Assembly: GCA_039964305.1 (NCBI GenBank)
Contig: JBDVXS010000103.1
Coordinates: 281-64,280, forward strand
Source of the DNA: Hyphomicrobiales bacterium
Lineage (GTDB): Bacteria; Pseudomonadota; Alphaproteobacteria; Rhizobiales; JACESI01
DNA: 64,000 nt
Reading direction: 5' to 3'
Part shown: positions 49,401 to 59,021 of the stretch, in pieces
Layout: each line of letters begins with the position of its first letter
How positions within the stretch are numbered: the first letter of the stretch is position 1
The notes under the pieces: generated by a model
The model's input: the letters and a program-made list of their open reading frames with translations, nothing else
The model's database searches: none
What the model was told of the DNA's origin: nothing
Made by a program: the position numbers and the translations under genes

Positions 49401-52400
49401 GTGGAAGCGGTTGTCGATGGCGCGGCTTTATCGGTAACAGATGCTACTGGCGAAAATGTTGGTTTTGAAGATACCCCAATTCGCTTGTTGATTAACCCGC
49501 AGCTAGCCGATGATGATGGCTCCGAGGTGATCACTAGCCTCGAGATTACAGGTGTTCCAGCTGGCGCAAGTATTATCGATTCCAATGGTGTTGCTATCGG
49601 TACACCTGTCGATAACGGCGATGGTACTTTCACCTATACCTTCAGTGAAGCTGAGGCTGCGATTATTTTTGGACAGGTGCCGCCTGCAATTTTCGTCTTA
49701 CCACCTTTAAATTCGAATGAGGATTTCACCCTCGGTGTTTCTGTAACCGTTGCAGAAGACTTGCCTGGTAATGCTGGTGATGGTGATAGTGTCACGGCAG
49801 GGCCCGTGCCGTTAAATGTTGTTGTCACAGGTGTTGCTGATCCGATTATAGCGCCGACACTTGAGGTAACTGGTGTTGAAGACCAGCCTATTACACTTGG
49901 TGCGCAGATATCTGCATCTTTAAGTGGCTTGTTGGTGGATACGGACGGTTCTGAAACCACATCTTTGGTTGTGTCTGGTTTGCCTGCTGGTTTCATCCCT
50001 GCTGTCGGTACATTGATTGGTCCTGGTGTTTATTCAATTCCGTTTGCTGATCTGGCAGGCTTTACACTGCCCTCAGACCCAGATTTTTCTGGCGATTATT
50101 TGACTGATGTTTTGCCGGGGCTTGAACTATCAATCGTTGTTCAAGAAGACGACGGTAATCAGGCCGTTACGGTGTTAGATGATATCAGTATTAATGTCTT
50201 GCCAGTGGTTGATGGCGCGAACTTGAACCGGGCAATTGATGTGACGGAAGACACATCAATATCATTGGCCAATGCGGACAATATCACTTTGCGTGATAAT
50301 GATGGCAGTGAAGAACTCATCAATATCACATTTGACCTGAATTCATTGATTGCTGATGCTGGCATTCAAGGTCGTTTGAATGAACTGGAAGTCGGAAATG
50401 CTGGAAACTCAGATATTGATTTCTTCATCGACACTTACATCAATGGCACATTCACTAATAATGGTGATGGCACAATTACTGTTCTTGCAGCCGACGTGGA
50501 TGGCGTTTCATTTGCGACCGAACCGTTTTTAGATAGCAACCGAGATTTTAGTATTCCAATCACGGGCTCGTTTGAAGACACGGACGGCACGAATATAGTA
50601 ACGGGAACAAGCTCTGGCACGTTCAGCATCAATCTAATTGGTGATGCAGATGTACCAACGGCTGTTGCTGAAGATGCGTCTGGCGTGGCTCGGACCCCGA
50701 TTGCGCTTAACTTGTCAGGTGAAATAACAGATCGCGATACTGAATTGGGTGAGGCGCGCTCTGAATCGATCGATTACATCATTAGTGTTGATGACAATCC
50801 AGGAAATTTGCTGTTCACCTTTACAGATGCAGCAGGCAACCTTATCGGCACGCCACTATCACCGACTGTCTATTCGATTTCAGAAGCGGAATTGCCGAAC
50901 CTACATTTGCTTGCAAATGGGGGAGCGGTTGATAGCGATCTTTCTTTCACATTGACGTCAATCTCGCGAGAAAATGACGGCGATTTGGAAACATTCTCAG
51001 CGCCTGCAAGTTTTGTGGTGACCGTAGCACCAGACCCAGATGGTCTCATGGGCGATGGTGACCCACCCGCTGCCCCAAGTCTGGGACTCAATTCAGCCCT
51101 GTCTGGTACGGAAGATGCTGGCATCAATCTTGATTTAAGCGTCACGACAGAACCGGGCACGCAAACGGGTGTCGTATTCTCTAATATTCCGGCAGGCGTG
51201 ATTGTCACTGGTGCTCTATTCGACCCAGGCACTGGTAACTACTTCGCGTCCGCTGATGATGTGAACAATGGGCTTGTGTCTTTCAGCGTCGATCCAGATG
51301 GGCCGCTTGAACATAGTGATACGGATATTGAAATCACGGTAGAAGCGATATCAACCAATGCGAATTTGCAGTCAACGTCATCGGGTGAAAGTGCATTTAT
51401 AATTCCTGTCACGGCTGTTGCTGATGAGGCGAACATTTCTATTGGTAATACCAGTGGTGATGAGGATACAGAGCTGGCGTTGGGGCTTTCGATCGGGCTG
51501 GAAGATAATGACGGCTCAGAGACTATCGATGGTAATGTGACCATCGTGGTGCCAGATACGGTGACGCTCAACAATGCAGGTGCAGGTGTCACATCAGGTG
51601 GCTTCACCACTTATACGGTTCCTGCGGCCAGCCTTGGTGCTGTGACCCTTGACCCTAGTTCAAATGCAGATGGTAGTTTTGATCTTACTGTGCGCGCAAC
51701 GACGATAGAGGCAAGCAATGGCGATAGCCTAGAGACGGTTGAGACCTTCTCAATAAGTATTGAGGCGGAAGCCGATGATCCAATAGCAACCGCTAATGAC
51801 AGTTTTGGTGATGAAGACACACCGATTGCATTGACTGGGCTTTCTGCTGCTTTGTCCGATACTGATGGATCTGAAATCTTATCAGTTACAATTAGTGGTC
51901 TACCTGACGACACGTTGCTTTCTGCGGGAACAAATAATGGGGACGGTTCTTTCACTATTAATGCTGCAGATCTTGCAACCTTGACGCTGACCCCACCACG
52001 AAATTTTGCAGGTGTTTTAGCGCTTAGTCTCAACGCATTCGCTTTGGATGCTGATGGATCACTTGCTGAAGTAAACGTTCCTTTTGATGTAACAGTCAAT
52101 GCAATCGTTGATTCAATCGGCATCACGCCAGTACCTGTAAGCGGAGATGAAGATACGGCCGTAACGCTCAATTTGGACATTCGCCAAGAAGATGAGAATG
52201 AGCAAGTTGAATTGGTCTTCACCAATGTAACGGATGGCGTAATCATTAGTACTGGCGGTAGCCTTGTGGATAATGGTGGCGGTCAGTTTACCTTCCTTGG
52301 TACAGCTGCGGAAGCTGCAACATTGAGCTTTGATCCTGCAGAGAACTTCTCAGGGGATGTGAGCTTTGATGTGGATGCAACATCTGTTGAAACGGATGCG

Positions 52401-53192
52401 GCTGTGCAGCGAAGTGCGACTGTTTCTTCAACGGTGGATGTCACCATTGATGCCGTTGTTGATACCGTCACGCTTGATCCAGCTGATGCGCAAGTTCTTG
52501 CTGGTGGGGTTGTTGATGTCGATTTTGGTGCCGAATTGGAAGATGCTGATGAAACCGTTGAGCTGGTCATTACAGGCGTTGCTAATGGAGCGTTGACCGC
52601 TGGTTCTGGAACGCTGACTGATGATGGTGGCGGACAGTTCACTTTTACAGGCACACAAGAAGAAGCCGATACACTTCAATTCGATCCGGTTGATACTTTT
52701 GATGGGGATGTGATCTTAAGCATTGCAGCAACGCCAATTGATGATGGGAATCGTGGCACAACAGTCAATGATACCATCACAATTTCTGTCGAGGCTTCTT
52801 CGTCTGATCTAACAGGTGATGCAAACGCTAATGTGCTGACAGGCGATGCGGCAGATAACGCCATTACAGGCGGTCAGGGCGCTGATGTTCTGACTGGTGG
52901 TGGGGGTGCTGACACCTTCGTTTATGAACTTGCTGATAATGACGGCAATGTCGATACCATTACCGATTTTAGTGTTGGAGATAATGATGCCCTTGATCTT
53001 TCCGCATTGATAGATCCGCAGGGTGACCCAATTGAGGACTTCTTGTCGCTGACAGATAATGGAACCGACACAACAGTATCGATCGATGCTGATGGGACCG
53101 GTGGGGGAGCAGCAGTCGATCTCGTTGTTTTAGAAGGTGTGAGTGGGAGTGATCTCACGACACTAGTCAACAACGGTAATATTGTCGTTTAA
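43452..53192 (+). CDS. Giant T1SS-secreted RTX adhesin with tandem cadherin/Ig-like repeats (~3246 aa)
   Basis: More than 20 repeats of 110-140 aa with EDTPI/DxDGSE/VxAVAD motifs, RTX nonapeptides GGQGADVLTGGGGADTF and a C-terminal DTITDF...LDLS T1SS target domain. Adjacent to TolC/ABC/HlyD genes. Confidence 0.92.
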   Translation: MKLVPENGLNPTALEKELNGQVETQFAQLDAPTSQREVPNETELDPEITPFNVIPEDFVPARDGGVDGRGAFGGNRLLSVIKRALADDLDLPQALGNERNIFQSTADTIEANRFTPFYEGSATGFSTGNFLSSVSNFGLTGPFSSIAFAPPHLAPLLDESIERLIQFDPFDDLQPIDRSNNVETIRLDAEITETYAWPEDNVLIASLFAEDVTDFNPTIITEPLNGTIVFKADGSFSFTPDTDYSGIQTVVIQFIDPNNGSVRIETITIDVTPVLDAPVLLDGATTVNEDNTIPLGQDIDITIDDATDGSQTLEITLAGIPAGVVVTATTFGDVTLVQQPDGSYVLSGGTPADVLAVLDTLVLDAPEHNADDFVVTVSATATEEDGTTETVTAEHSVTIVDVADQPTVVGGAFETDEDVPVLLEGLDGGLVDGDGSEVLSFTLSDVPAGANFNGAGTFDATTGLWTFTAAEIEAGLTFVPPPEEDGTFVFTITAIATESENGDQASVSAPVTVVIAPVVDPVIALNAQSSGPEDEPIALGSDIDFTLDDPTGEQSLEVELDGIPPLATIDFTAVPGVSVVDNRATGGTLVISGANSNDVQALLETLTVTPELHNADDFNVDVTLTTTEAGEPPQSVSVTQTVVVTPVVDAPTVSPDVTFNTDEDTAVTLTGLGGALVDQDGSETLSFELTNVPEGASFGGAGTLDPDTGVWTFTPAEIAAGITFEPPEHLDGTFEFEFIAVSTETETGEQARTASTVTIVVEAEADAPVVSGSSSINEDSTLPLGDDINIALVDQDGSETLGVTISGFPFADVDQINFTNVGGAVATYDPATGTLTISGGTAQDVLDTLATVTGTPTEHDDQDFDLTISATTTDSDGSTATTNHTHPVTVTAVADGVTIAGSSTGLEDTPIVVGANIGLTVIDADGTEHITGVTIGSIPTGPNAPESVTLDGSEPATVSFNYDAATGEVTITSSNSDLAAADAEIRAALATLTITPNEDSDEDFTLDVAVDVLDNDGSTTTSNGTHEVTVTAVVDGVTITGSSTGTEDTPITIGADIGIAEIDADGSEHVTGVTITDIPTGPNAPESVTLDGSEPATVSFSYDAATGEVTITSSNPDLAAADAEIRAALATLTITPNEHSDDDFTLNVAVDVTDNDGSTTTNNASHAVTVTAVADAPTANADVAITTNEDADIAIPGIGAAASLDADGSETLTFVVSGVPAGASFATGTDNGDGTFTFTAAELAADPVFTPPAGFSGQIDLTLTARSTEARDNGDGLNFEEDSHDITIIVNPVVDPATFGGSGSEIVNEDTEINIGQNIDIMIDDATDGSTDADITFSGIPADATINFDAFAGINVIDTRATDGNITFDIPSGSSALVQDLLDLIDTFTVTPAEDADANFTVGVEVTINEIGSGLAPETTTFDHAVTVQAVADAPTVSGSGGDVEDATTPISVPITVGLTDTDGSEEITEVVIGDIPDAATFAFTDPLPAGVTIGTVTAAGIETVTVTIDPDVFTGGVAGLNDFLATATIIPPASSGDDINLSVAATSTETTPTEPGDVSGGIAVPTATTTSTVVVDIVPVADVPNVVAPDDRVIDEDATITLTGQSGSLNDNDGSETLTYQITANSLPAGVNLADLNFTTASGDPIPFANGAFQLTATQLAGLQFAPAENADGVFDLRITATATDAATDDPETTATAFDDFVITVAPVVDAPLVSGSTTVNEDVGGTGVVNFGTNINVRLDDDDGSEAISSVTLSNFAGPAGTISFDASDPNITIDTSTPGSFVITSSRTGADGEADIQAAIDSFELTLETHNDANITFDVTAVSTQLSDNTTASAGPTSHLIRVRAVADAPTATANDVSGLEDTPIALNLSAVDSADSDGSETLSARISGFPDGSSITSTLGTLPGNGNISSANNVFTVTADTTADLNVILASLQVNLTENFPTPSASSFTGTLEVISTEAATGIEVAVAQAVDTTTFTVDVEAVVDGAALSVTDATGENVGFEDTPIRLLINPQLADDDGSEVITSLEITGVPAGASIIDSNGVAIGTPVDNGDGTFTYTFSEAEAAIIFGQVPPAIFVLPPLNSNEDFTLGVSVTVAEDLPGNAGDGDSVTAGPVPLNVVVTGVADPIIAPTLEVTGVEDQPITLGAQISASLSGLLVDTDGSETTSLVVSGLPAGFIPAVGTLIGPGVYSIPFADLAGFTLPSDPDFSGDYLTDVLPGLELSIVVQEDDGNQAVTVLDDISINVLPVVDGANLNRAIDVTEDTSISLANADNITLRDNDGSEELINITFDLNSLIADAGIQGRLNELEVGNAGNSDIDFFIDTYINGTFTNNGDGTITVLAADVDGVSFATEPFLDSNRDFSIPITGSFEDTDGTNIVTGTSSGTFSINLIGDADVPTAVAEDASGVARTPIALNLSGEITDRDTELGEARSESIDYIISVDDNPGNLLFTFTDAAGNLIGTPLSPTVYSISEAELPNLHLLANGGAVDSDLSFTLTSISRENDGDLETFSAPASFVVTVAPDPDGLMGDGDPPAAPSLGLNSALSGTEDAGINLDLSVTTEPGTQTGVVFSNIPAGVIVTGALFDPGTGNYFASADDVNNGLVSFSVDPDGPLEHSDTDIEITVEAISTNANLQSTSSGESAFIIPVTAVADEANISIGNTSGDEDTELALGLSIGLEDNDGSETIDGNVTIVVPDTVTLNNAGAGVTSGGFTTYTVPAASLGAVTLDPSSNADGSFDLTVRATTIEASNGDSLETVETFSISIEAEADDPIATANDSFGDEDTPIALTGLSAALSDTDGSEILSVTISGLPDDTLLSAGTNNGDGSFTINAADLATLTLTPPRNFAGVLALSLNAFALDADGSLAEVNVPFDVTVNAIVDSIGITPVPVSGDEDTAVTLNLDIRQEDENEQVELVFTNVTDGVIISTGGSLVDNGGGQFTFLGTAAEAATLSFDPAENFSGDVSFDVDATSVETDAAVQRSATVSSTVDVTIDAVVDTVTLDPADAQVLAGGVVDVDFGAELEDADETVELVITGVANGALTAGSGTLTDDGGGQFTFTGTQEEADTLQFDPVDTFDGDVILSIAATPIDDGNRGTTVNDTITISVEASSSDLTGDANANVLTGDAADNAITGGQGADVLTGGGGADTFVYELADNDGNVDTITDFSVGDNDALDLSALIDPQGDPIEDFLSLTDNGTDTTVSIDADGTGGGAAVDLVVLEGVSGSDLTTLVNNGNIVV
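46113..46952 (+). repeat. Tandem 420-bp (140-aa) duplication inside the adhesin
   Basis: 46266-46439 and 46686-46859 are nearly identical at the DNA level. Unit boundaries at 46113, 46533 and 46953. Confidence 0.9.
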
Positions 53193-53331
53193 CAGAAGTA
53201 ACGATCAAAAATAACGGTGTATTACACATTGTTGCTGTAGTAAAAATTCAAAAAATATGTAAATTGACGTGGTATTTCTCTTTCTTATTCAGAGAATATG
53301 ATTCTTGTCGTGGGCGACCTAGAATAGGTGT

Positions 53332-54693
53332 GTGGCTATGTTACGGGTGAGCAAAATTGTTGGGCTTGTTTTAAGCTCTGCGTTTTTTATGGGGAGTCAT
53401 GCCGCTCAAGCTGAGAGCTTGCGGGATGTGGTGAGAGAAGTTCTGACCGATAACCCAGAAATTGTAGGCCTTGCTCTCAACCGAGCAGCCATTGAACAAG
53501 AAGAACGCCAAGCTAAAGGGCTCAAACGTCCAAATGTTGAACTTTTTGGCGGTGTTGGTGTTGGTCGTGATGATCGTAATTTTGTCCGCGATGGTGCCCG
53601 TGTTCAAGGTGATGTGGGCGTTTCACTGACGCAAAAGCTGTTTGATGGCTTTGAATCCAAAAACCGCGTTATTCGCCAAAAAGCACGCGGCGCATCGGCT
53701 AGAAGTCGTGTGAAAGATGCCTCCAACATTGTATCGCTGCAGGTTGTGCGCGCGTTTTTAGAAGCACGTCGTGCGCATTCTATTGCTGCATTGGCCCGCC
53801 AAAATGTGAGTGCGCATAAGCGCATCGTTGGTCAAGTTCGCCAAAGCGCGAATGCCGGTCGCGGAACGAACACGCAAGTGCAGCAGGCTTTGGCTCAGCT
53901 TGAACAAGCTCGCATTGATCTTGAAAGTGCTGAACTTCAAATTTTAGATGCTCGCACAGCGTTTTTTGCCGTTGTTGGTCGTGCGCCTGGCAAGTTGCAT
54001 AAGGTGAGGGTGCCATCTACCCATTTCCCACATTCTGTAAAGGATGCGGTAGCGCTTGCGACATCACAATCACCGGCTGTGCAAGCGCGTGTGTTTGACG
54101 CTGATGCAGCACTTTCTGCTGTTAAAGTTGCCAAAGCAGATCGTTTGCCAAAAGTGGACCTTGAGGCTTCAGTCTTTGAAACCTTTAACGAAACACCAGG
54201 TTCAAGTGGTCCTGACTTTGATGCGCAGGCTCTGGTTCGTTTGCGCTATAAACTCTACGGTGGTGGGATCAATCGTTCGCGCAGACGTGAGGCTGAAATT
54301 CGGGCTGCGGAAGCGCGTAACGAGGTCGAAATAACCAAACGCACCATTGCCCGCGATGTTCGCCTTGCTTATGGCCAAACCACAACAGCAAAACGACGCG
54401 TCGCACTGATGCGCAGTAAAGCGAGCCGTGCGAGCCGTATCTTGCCAGATTATGTGGCGCAGTTTGATGCTGGTCGTCGATCTTTGCTTGATGTGTTGGA
54501 TATTCAAAACGACATCTTCGTCAACCGTTCCGCTGCAACATCGGAAGAATTTACCGCGAAGTTCAATCGCTTCCGTATTCTGGCGTTGAGTGGCAAGTTG
54601 GTCCAATCGCTTGGTGTGCAATTGCCAAAGCCTGCAACACAAACCTTCCATTTGACTGTAGAAGACGTAGATGCTTGGGAAAGTCTGAGATAG
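53332..54693 (+). CDS. TolC-family outer membrane protein (LapE-like)
   Basis: Signal peptide, LTQKLFDGF, LPKVDLEAS and QFDAGRRSLLDVLD. Confidence 0.92.
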   Translation: MAMLRVSKIVGLVLSSAFFMGSHAAQAESLRDVVREVLTDNPEIVGLALNRAAIEQEERQAKGLKRPNVELFGGVGVGRDDRNFVRDGARVQGDVGVSLTQKLFDGFESKNRVIRQKARGASARSRVKDASNIVSLQVVRAFLEARRAHSIAALARQNVSAHKRIVGQVRQSANAGRGTNTQVQQALAQLEQARIDLESAELQILDARTAFFAVVGRAPGKLHKVRVPSTHFPHSVKDAVALATSQSPAVQARVFDADAALSAVKVAKADRLPKVDLEASVFETFNETPGSSGPDFDAQALVRLRYKLYGGGINRSRRREAEIRAAEARNEVEITKRTIARDVRLAYGQTTTAKRRVALMRSKASRASRILPDYVAQFDAGRRSLLDVLDIQNDIFVNRSAATSEEFTAKFNRFRILALSGKLVQSLGVQLPKPATQTFHLTVEDVDAWESLR

Positions 54694-54781
54694 TCTCTAA
54701 GTTTTATTCCATTTTACATGAGTAAATTCCGTTAGGGTAAGTAAACTCTTAACCGCTCTGCGCTATCTTAATCTTGAGTTT

Positions 54782-57085
54782 TTGCAGCAAGCGGTGATTA
54801 CCTTGGGTCAAGATATCGAGAGTCTGAAAGAGCAGGTTGGTGCTTTTGCAAAGGAACATGGCACTGGCACCCAAAAGCGGGACGCTAAAGCAGATTTGAA
54901 TCCCAAACCTCTCGCGCGTGCATTGTCTTATATTTGCGAGCGCTTTGATCATCCCGTTTCTGCTTATGCAATTGAGCACACCACGGTTTTTGCAGACAAT
55001 AAAACTGACATTAAAACGCTGCCTGTTATCGGCAATGCGATTGGTCTTGATGTTACGCCATTTTCAGGGCGCCTAAAACGCCTCAGTAATGCTCATTTAC
55101 CAGCCGTTGCAAAGACAACCGGTGGCTATGCGGTCATTACATCTGTTGATACAGAGCGAGGCGTTAAGGGCAAAGTTTTGACCCTTAGTCTGTTTACAGA
55201 AAACGCTGACGATGATGCTCAAGATCAAACGATGCCGCTGAATGAATTCATCAGCCAAAAGTCTTCGTTGATGACCTGCAAACGCGATAATGAGACTGAA
55301 AAAGACGCACCAGTTTCTGTTCGCGGTTTCTTTTCGTCGCCAATTTTCTCGTCAGAAGCGCTGTTTGCCACAATCGCAATTAATGTGATTGGCTTGGCGA
55401 TCCCGCTCTTTACGATGAATGTCTATGACAAAGTGTTGCCGAATTTTTCCATTGATACGCTGACAGTTTTGGCGCTTGGCGTTTGTCTTGCCGCTTTGTT
55501 TGATTTTCTCTTGCGCTTGTTACGCACCCACATTGTCGATGCAACGTCGCGGCGGATTGATGTGTTGTTTTTAAACCGCATCTTTACGCGCTATCTTGCA
55601 ACGGCCCTGTCAAAAGAACGACGCATGGTTGGAAGTGATGCCAATGCCTTTCGCGATACGGATGTGATACGGGAATTTCATTCCTCCGCATCGCTCGCAA
55701 TTTTCGGCGACCTACCGTTCATCTTCCTGTTTGTAGGCGTCATTGCTTATATTGGTGGGCCGCTGGTTTTTGTTACGGTTGCAGCCATTGTTTTGATGTT
55801 GCTGGTCGGCTTATTGGTGCAGCGTCCGCTCGCAAAAATCACCGAAGAGGCCTACCAAAATACGGCGAACCGCAACACGGTTTTGATCGAAACAATCTCT
55901 GGCATCGAGACCTTGAAAGCGATGGGCCTTGAACGCAAGGCAGCGCAAAAATGGGAAAAGGCGGCTGGTGCGCAAATTCGTTCGGGCGTGAAAAGTCGCG
56001 CTTATACTAATTTTGCCATGAGTTTCATGATCTTCGCGCAATCACTTGCAACGGTCGCACTTGTGGTTATGGCGGTTCACCTCATTATTGCTGGTACAAT
56101 TTCAGCTGGTGCCATGCTTGCCTGTATGATTATTCAAGGCCGCGCCATGGGCCCTGTGAGCCAGATGTCTGGTTTGATCTTACGGCTTTACCAAGTAAAG
56201 GCGGCAGAACGCGCATTGGCAGAAATGCAATCGCGTCCGCTTGAACGCCGTGAGACGAGCCGGTTTATCAAACATCCGAAGATTGAAGGCGAGGTGGCTT
56301 ATGAAAATGTCTTCTTTACCTATGATGATGAAAGCAAAGTTCCAGCGTTAAAGGATGTTTCGCTCTCTATTCGCAAGGGTGAGAAAATTGCGGTGATTGG
56401 ACATTCTGGTTCTGGCAAAACAACTTTGTTGAAATTGCTCGCCAAATTATACACGCCAGATTCAGGCCGCATTTTTCTTGATGGTATTGGTTTATCAGCT
56501 CTCGACCCTTCTGAAGTTCGCCGCCACATTGGCTGGGCAGGCACTGATGCGACCTTGTTTGCTGGTACAATCCGCGAAAACCTCGTTGGGCATATGACGT
56601 CACTGACAGATGATGACTTGGTTGAGGCGGTTCGAACATCGGGTGCTTTAAGCTGGATTAACAGCCAATCGCATGGCTTTGACACGCTGCTGACAGAAGG
56701 CGGAACCAACCTTTCTTCGGGCCAACGACAAACTTTGGTTTTAGCCCGCGCCATTATTTCTAAGCCACCCCTTCTGCTGCTTGATGAGCCGACCAGTAAT
56801 ATGGATGGCCGTTTGGAACGCATGGTGATTGATGGGTTCGAGAAAGCCAACCGTGATCATACGTTGCTTGTGGTCACCCATAGACCAAGCACTTTCGATA
56901 TGGTCGACCGCATTATCGTTATGGATAAAGGTGCCGTTTTATTTGATGGGCCGAAAGACAAAGTTTTGGCTCGTCTGTCTGAAGGCAAAACGCCGGACCG
57001 CAAGGTAAAGATCCAAAAAGCACGAACCTCAAAGGTTAAAACCGCTCGGGTTACATCGCGTAAAAGGGTAGGGGGTGCTGCATGA
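54782..57085 (+). CDS. Type I secretion system ABC transporter (LssB/LapB type; start uncertain)
   Basis: C39-like N-domain, PLFTMNVYDKVLP, DLPF, GHSGSGKT, LSSGQRQ and LLLDEPTS. Confidence 0.93.
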   Translation: MQQAVITLGQDIESLKEQVGAFAKEHGTGTQKRDAKADLNPKPLARALSYICERFDHPVSAYAIEHTTVFADNKTDIKTLPVIGNAIGLDVTPFSGRLKRLSNAHLPAVAKTTGGYAVITSVDTERGVKGKVLTLSLFTENADDDAQDQTMPLNEFISQKSSLMTCKRDNETEKDAPVSVRGFFSSPIFSSEALFATIAINVIGLAIPLFTMNVYDKVLPNFSIDTLTVLALGVCLAALFDFLLRLLRTHIVDATSRRIDVLFLNRIFTRYLATALSKERRMVGSDANAFRDTDVIREFHSSASLAIFGDLPFIFLFVGVIAYIGGPLVFVTVAAIVLMLLVGLLVQRPLAKITEEAYQNTANRNTVLIETISGIETLKAMGLERKAAQKWEKAAGAQIRSGVKSRAYTNFAMSFMIFAQSLATVALVVMAVHLIIAGTISAGAMLACMIIQGRAMGPVSQMSGLILRLYQVKAAERALAEMQSRPLERRETSRFIKHPKIEGEVAYENVFFTYDDESKVPALKDVSLSIRKGEKIAVIGHSGSGKTTLLKLLAKLYTPDSGRIFLDGIGLSALDPSEVRRHIGWAGTDATLFAGTIRENLVGHMTSLTDDDLVEAVRTSGALSWINSQSHGFDTLLTEGGTNLSSGQRQTLVLARAIISKPPLLLLDEPTSNMDGRLERMVIDGFEKANRDHTLLVVTHRPSTFDMVDRIIVMDKGAVLFDGPKDKVLARLSEGKTPDRKVKIQKARTSKVKTARVTSRKRVGGAA

Positions 57086-58401
57086 AAATTGCTATGAAAT
57101 CCAGAGAAACATTGACGTCAGAAAGTGCTGACCTGCTTGAAGCGCCAAAGTTTTCATTGCGATTGCTTCAATTGGCACTCGGATCGCTTGTTGGCTTGTC
57201 TGTGACATGGGCTGCCTTTGCCAATGTTGAACAATCAACCCGTGCTGATGGCCATGTTATTCCCGCTGGTAAAGTGCAAGTGGTGCAAAACCTTGAGGGT
57301 GGCATTATCGGTGCTATCCATGTGCGCGATGGCGATAAGATTGCCGCTGGCGAGCCGCTTGTTGAAATTAGCACGGCACAGGTTTCGTCTTCGCTTAAGG
57401 AAGCGGAAGAAAAGATTGTTGCTTACGAAAGTACCATCGTTCGCCTAGAGGCTGAGCGTGACAATGTTGTGCCTGAGTTCGGTGCTGAGTTCATCACCAA
57501 ACATCCAACCGCTGTCAAAGGGCAAATTGCACTTCATGCAGCAAGGCGAGATTCAAAGGCTGCGTTTTTAGCAGAACAAGATTCTGAAATTGCACAGCGT
57601 AAACATGAAATTTCTGAGCAGCAATCAAAAGCAAAGTCTGCAAAGAACCGCTTGGCGCTTGCAGAGCGCGAGCGCAATATCATCGCGCCGCTTGTTAAAA
57701 GAGGGGCCGCTCCTCGGTTGGAGTTACTGACCCTTGAGCGACAAATCACTGAGATCAAAGAAACAGTATCAACCGCTGAAAATGCTGTCCCGCGTTTGAT
57801 GGCAGCGATCCAAAGTCACGAAGAGATTAAAGCGCGAGAACTTGGCAGGTTGCGCGGTGAGGTGCTTGGCGAACTCAATGAAACCCGTACAGCCCTTTCA
57901 GCCCTCAAAGAAGCGATTAAAGGGACGCAAGATCAACTAACCCGCGCCGTTGTTCGTGCCCCTGTTGCTGGCACGGTGAAATCGATCAACGTCAACACAT
58001 TGGGGCAGGTTGTCGCATCTGGTATGGACATTGTTGAGATTATTCCAGCAGACGATTCCTTGCTGATTGAAGGTCGTGTGTTGCCTCAAGATATCGCATT
58101 TTTGCGCCCTGATCTTGAAACCAATATCCGTATGACCGCCTATGACTTCTCAATTTATGGCAGTCTAAAAGGGAAGCTTGAAGCGATTTCGGCTGATAGT
58201 ATTGAAGATGAGAAAGGTAATCGGTTTTACCACATCAAAGTGCGTGCTGATAAAAATGCCTTGCAACGTGACGGCGAAACTTTTCCGATTATACCAGGCA
58301 TGACAGCCGAAATTAACATTGTAACGGGTGAGAGAACGGTGCTTGAGTACCTGATGAAGCCAGTTGCAAAAACGTTGTCGAACTCATTACATGAGCGTTG
58401 A
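57082..58401 (+). CDS. HlyD-family type I secretion membrane fusion protein
   Basis: VQVVQNLEGGI, VRAPVAGTV, AYDFSIYG, PGMTAEINIVTGERTVLEYL and final ER. ATGA overlap. Confidence 0.95.
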   Translation: MKIAMKSRETLTSESADLLEAPKFSLRLLQLALGSLVGLSVTWAAFANVEQSTRADGHVIPAGKVQVVQNLEGGIIGAIHVRDGDKIAAGEPLVEISTAQVSSSLKEAEEKIVAYESTIVRLEAERDNVVPEFGAEFITKHPTAVKGQIALHAARRDSKAAFLAEQDSEIAQRKHEISEQQSKAKSAKNRLALAERERNIIAPLVKRGAAPRLELLTLERQITEIKETVSTAENAVPRLMAAIQSHEEIKARELGRLRGEVLGELNETRTALSALKEAIKGTQDQLTRAVVRAPVAGTVKSINVNTLGQVVASGMDIVEIIPADDSLLIEGRVLPQDIAFLRPDLETNIRMTAYDFSIYGSLKGKLEAISADSIEDEKGNRFYHIKVRADKNALQRDGETFPIIPGMTAEINIVTGERTVLEYLMKPVAKTLSNSLHER

Positions 58402-58502
58402 GCCTTATAAGGTTGGACTACGGAATATATTTCGCTATAAGTGCAATCCTTCGAAATAACGGCATCTTCAGTCGTTTTGGATGCATTAAAGGGTGAAGTC
58501 TT

Positions 58503-58937
58503 TTGGCACAGGCAGATCAAGAATTCGACTACCTATTGGACGAACAAGTCGGCTTCCTTCTTCGGCAGGTCAATCAAAGACATTTGTCTATTTTCACAAA
58601 TTCCATCAAAGATTTAACACCCACCCAATTCGCGACGCTTGCGAAAATGCGGGAGATTGGTGCGGTCTCGCAAAATGATCTTGGGCGTCAAACTGCGATG
58701 GACGCGGCAACCATGAAGGGTGTGGTTGATCGTTTGAGTAAACGCGGCCTTGTGTGTACAAAGCCCGACCCAAGCGACCAACGCCGTATTTTGGTAGAGC
58801 TGGAGCCTTTAGCTTATAGCCTGCTTGATGAAATGCTTGAACGGGCGCATAAGATCAGTGACGAAACCCTAGCGCCGTTGAAAAAAGCTGAGCAAAAACA
58901 GCTTATCAATCTTTTGAAAAAAGTCCTTGATCGCTAA
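58503..58937 (+). CDS. MarR-family transcriptional regulator
   Basis: QVGFLLRQ, LTPTQF, SQNDLGRQTAMDAATMKGVVDRL and DPSDQRR. Confidence 0.9.
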   Translation: MAQADQEFDYLLDEQVGFLLRQVNQRHLSIFTNSIKDLTPTQFATLAKMREIGAVSQNDLGRQTAMDAATMKGVVDRLSKRGLVCTKPDPSDQRRILVELEPLAYSLLDEMLERAHKISDETLAPLKKAEQKQLINLLKKVLDR

Positions 58938-59021
58938 TCCCTGTTTTTTGAGCGGGCCTGACGTAATTTTCTTGCATGAATTCCTTTTCCACTGTTCAAT
59001 TTGACCAAGGGGAGATGAGCC

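Noticed and set aside
43385..53173. Many minus-strand ORFs of 60-260 aa across the adhesin gene
   Set aside because: Antisense shadows caused by the biased codon composition of the real gene.
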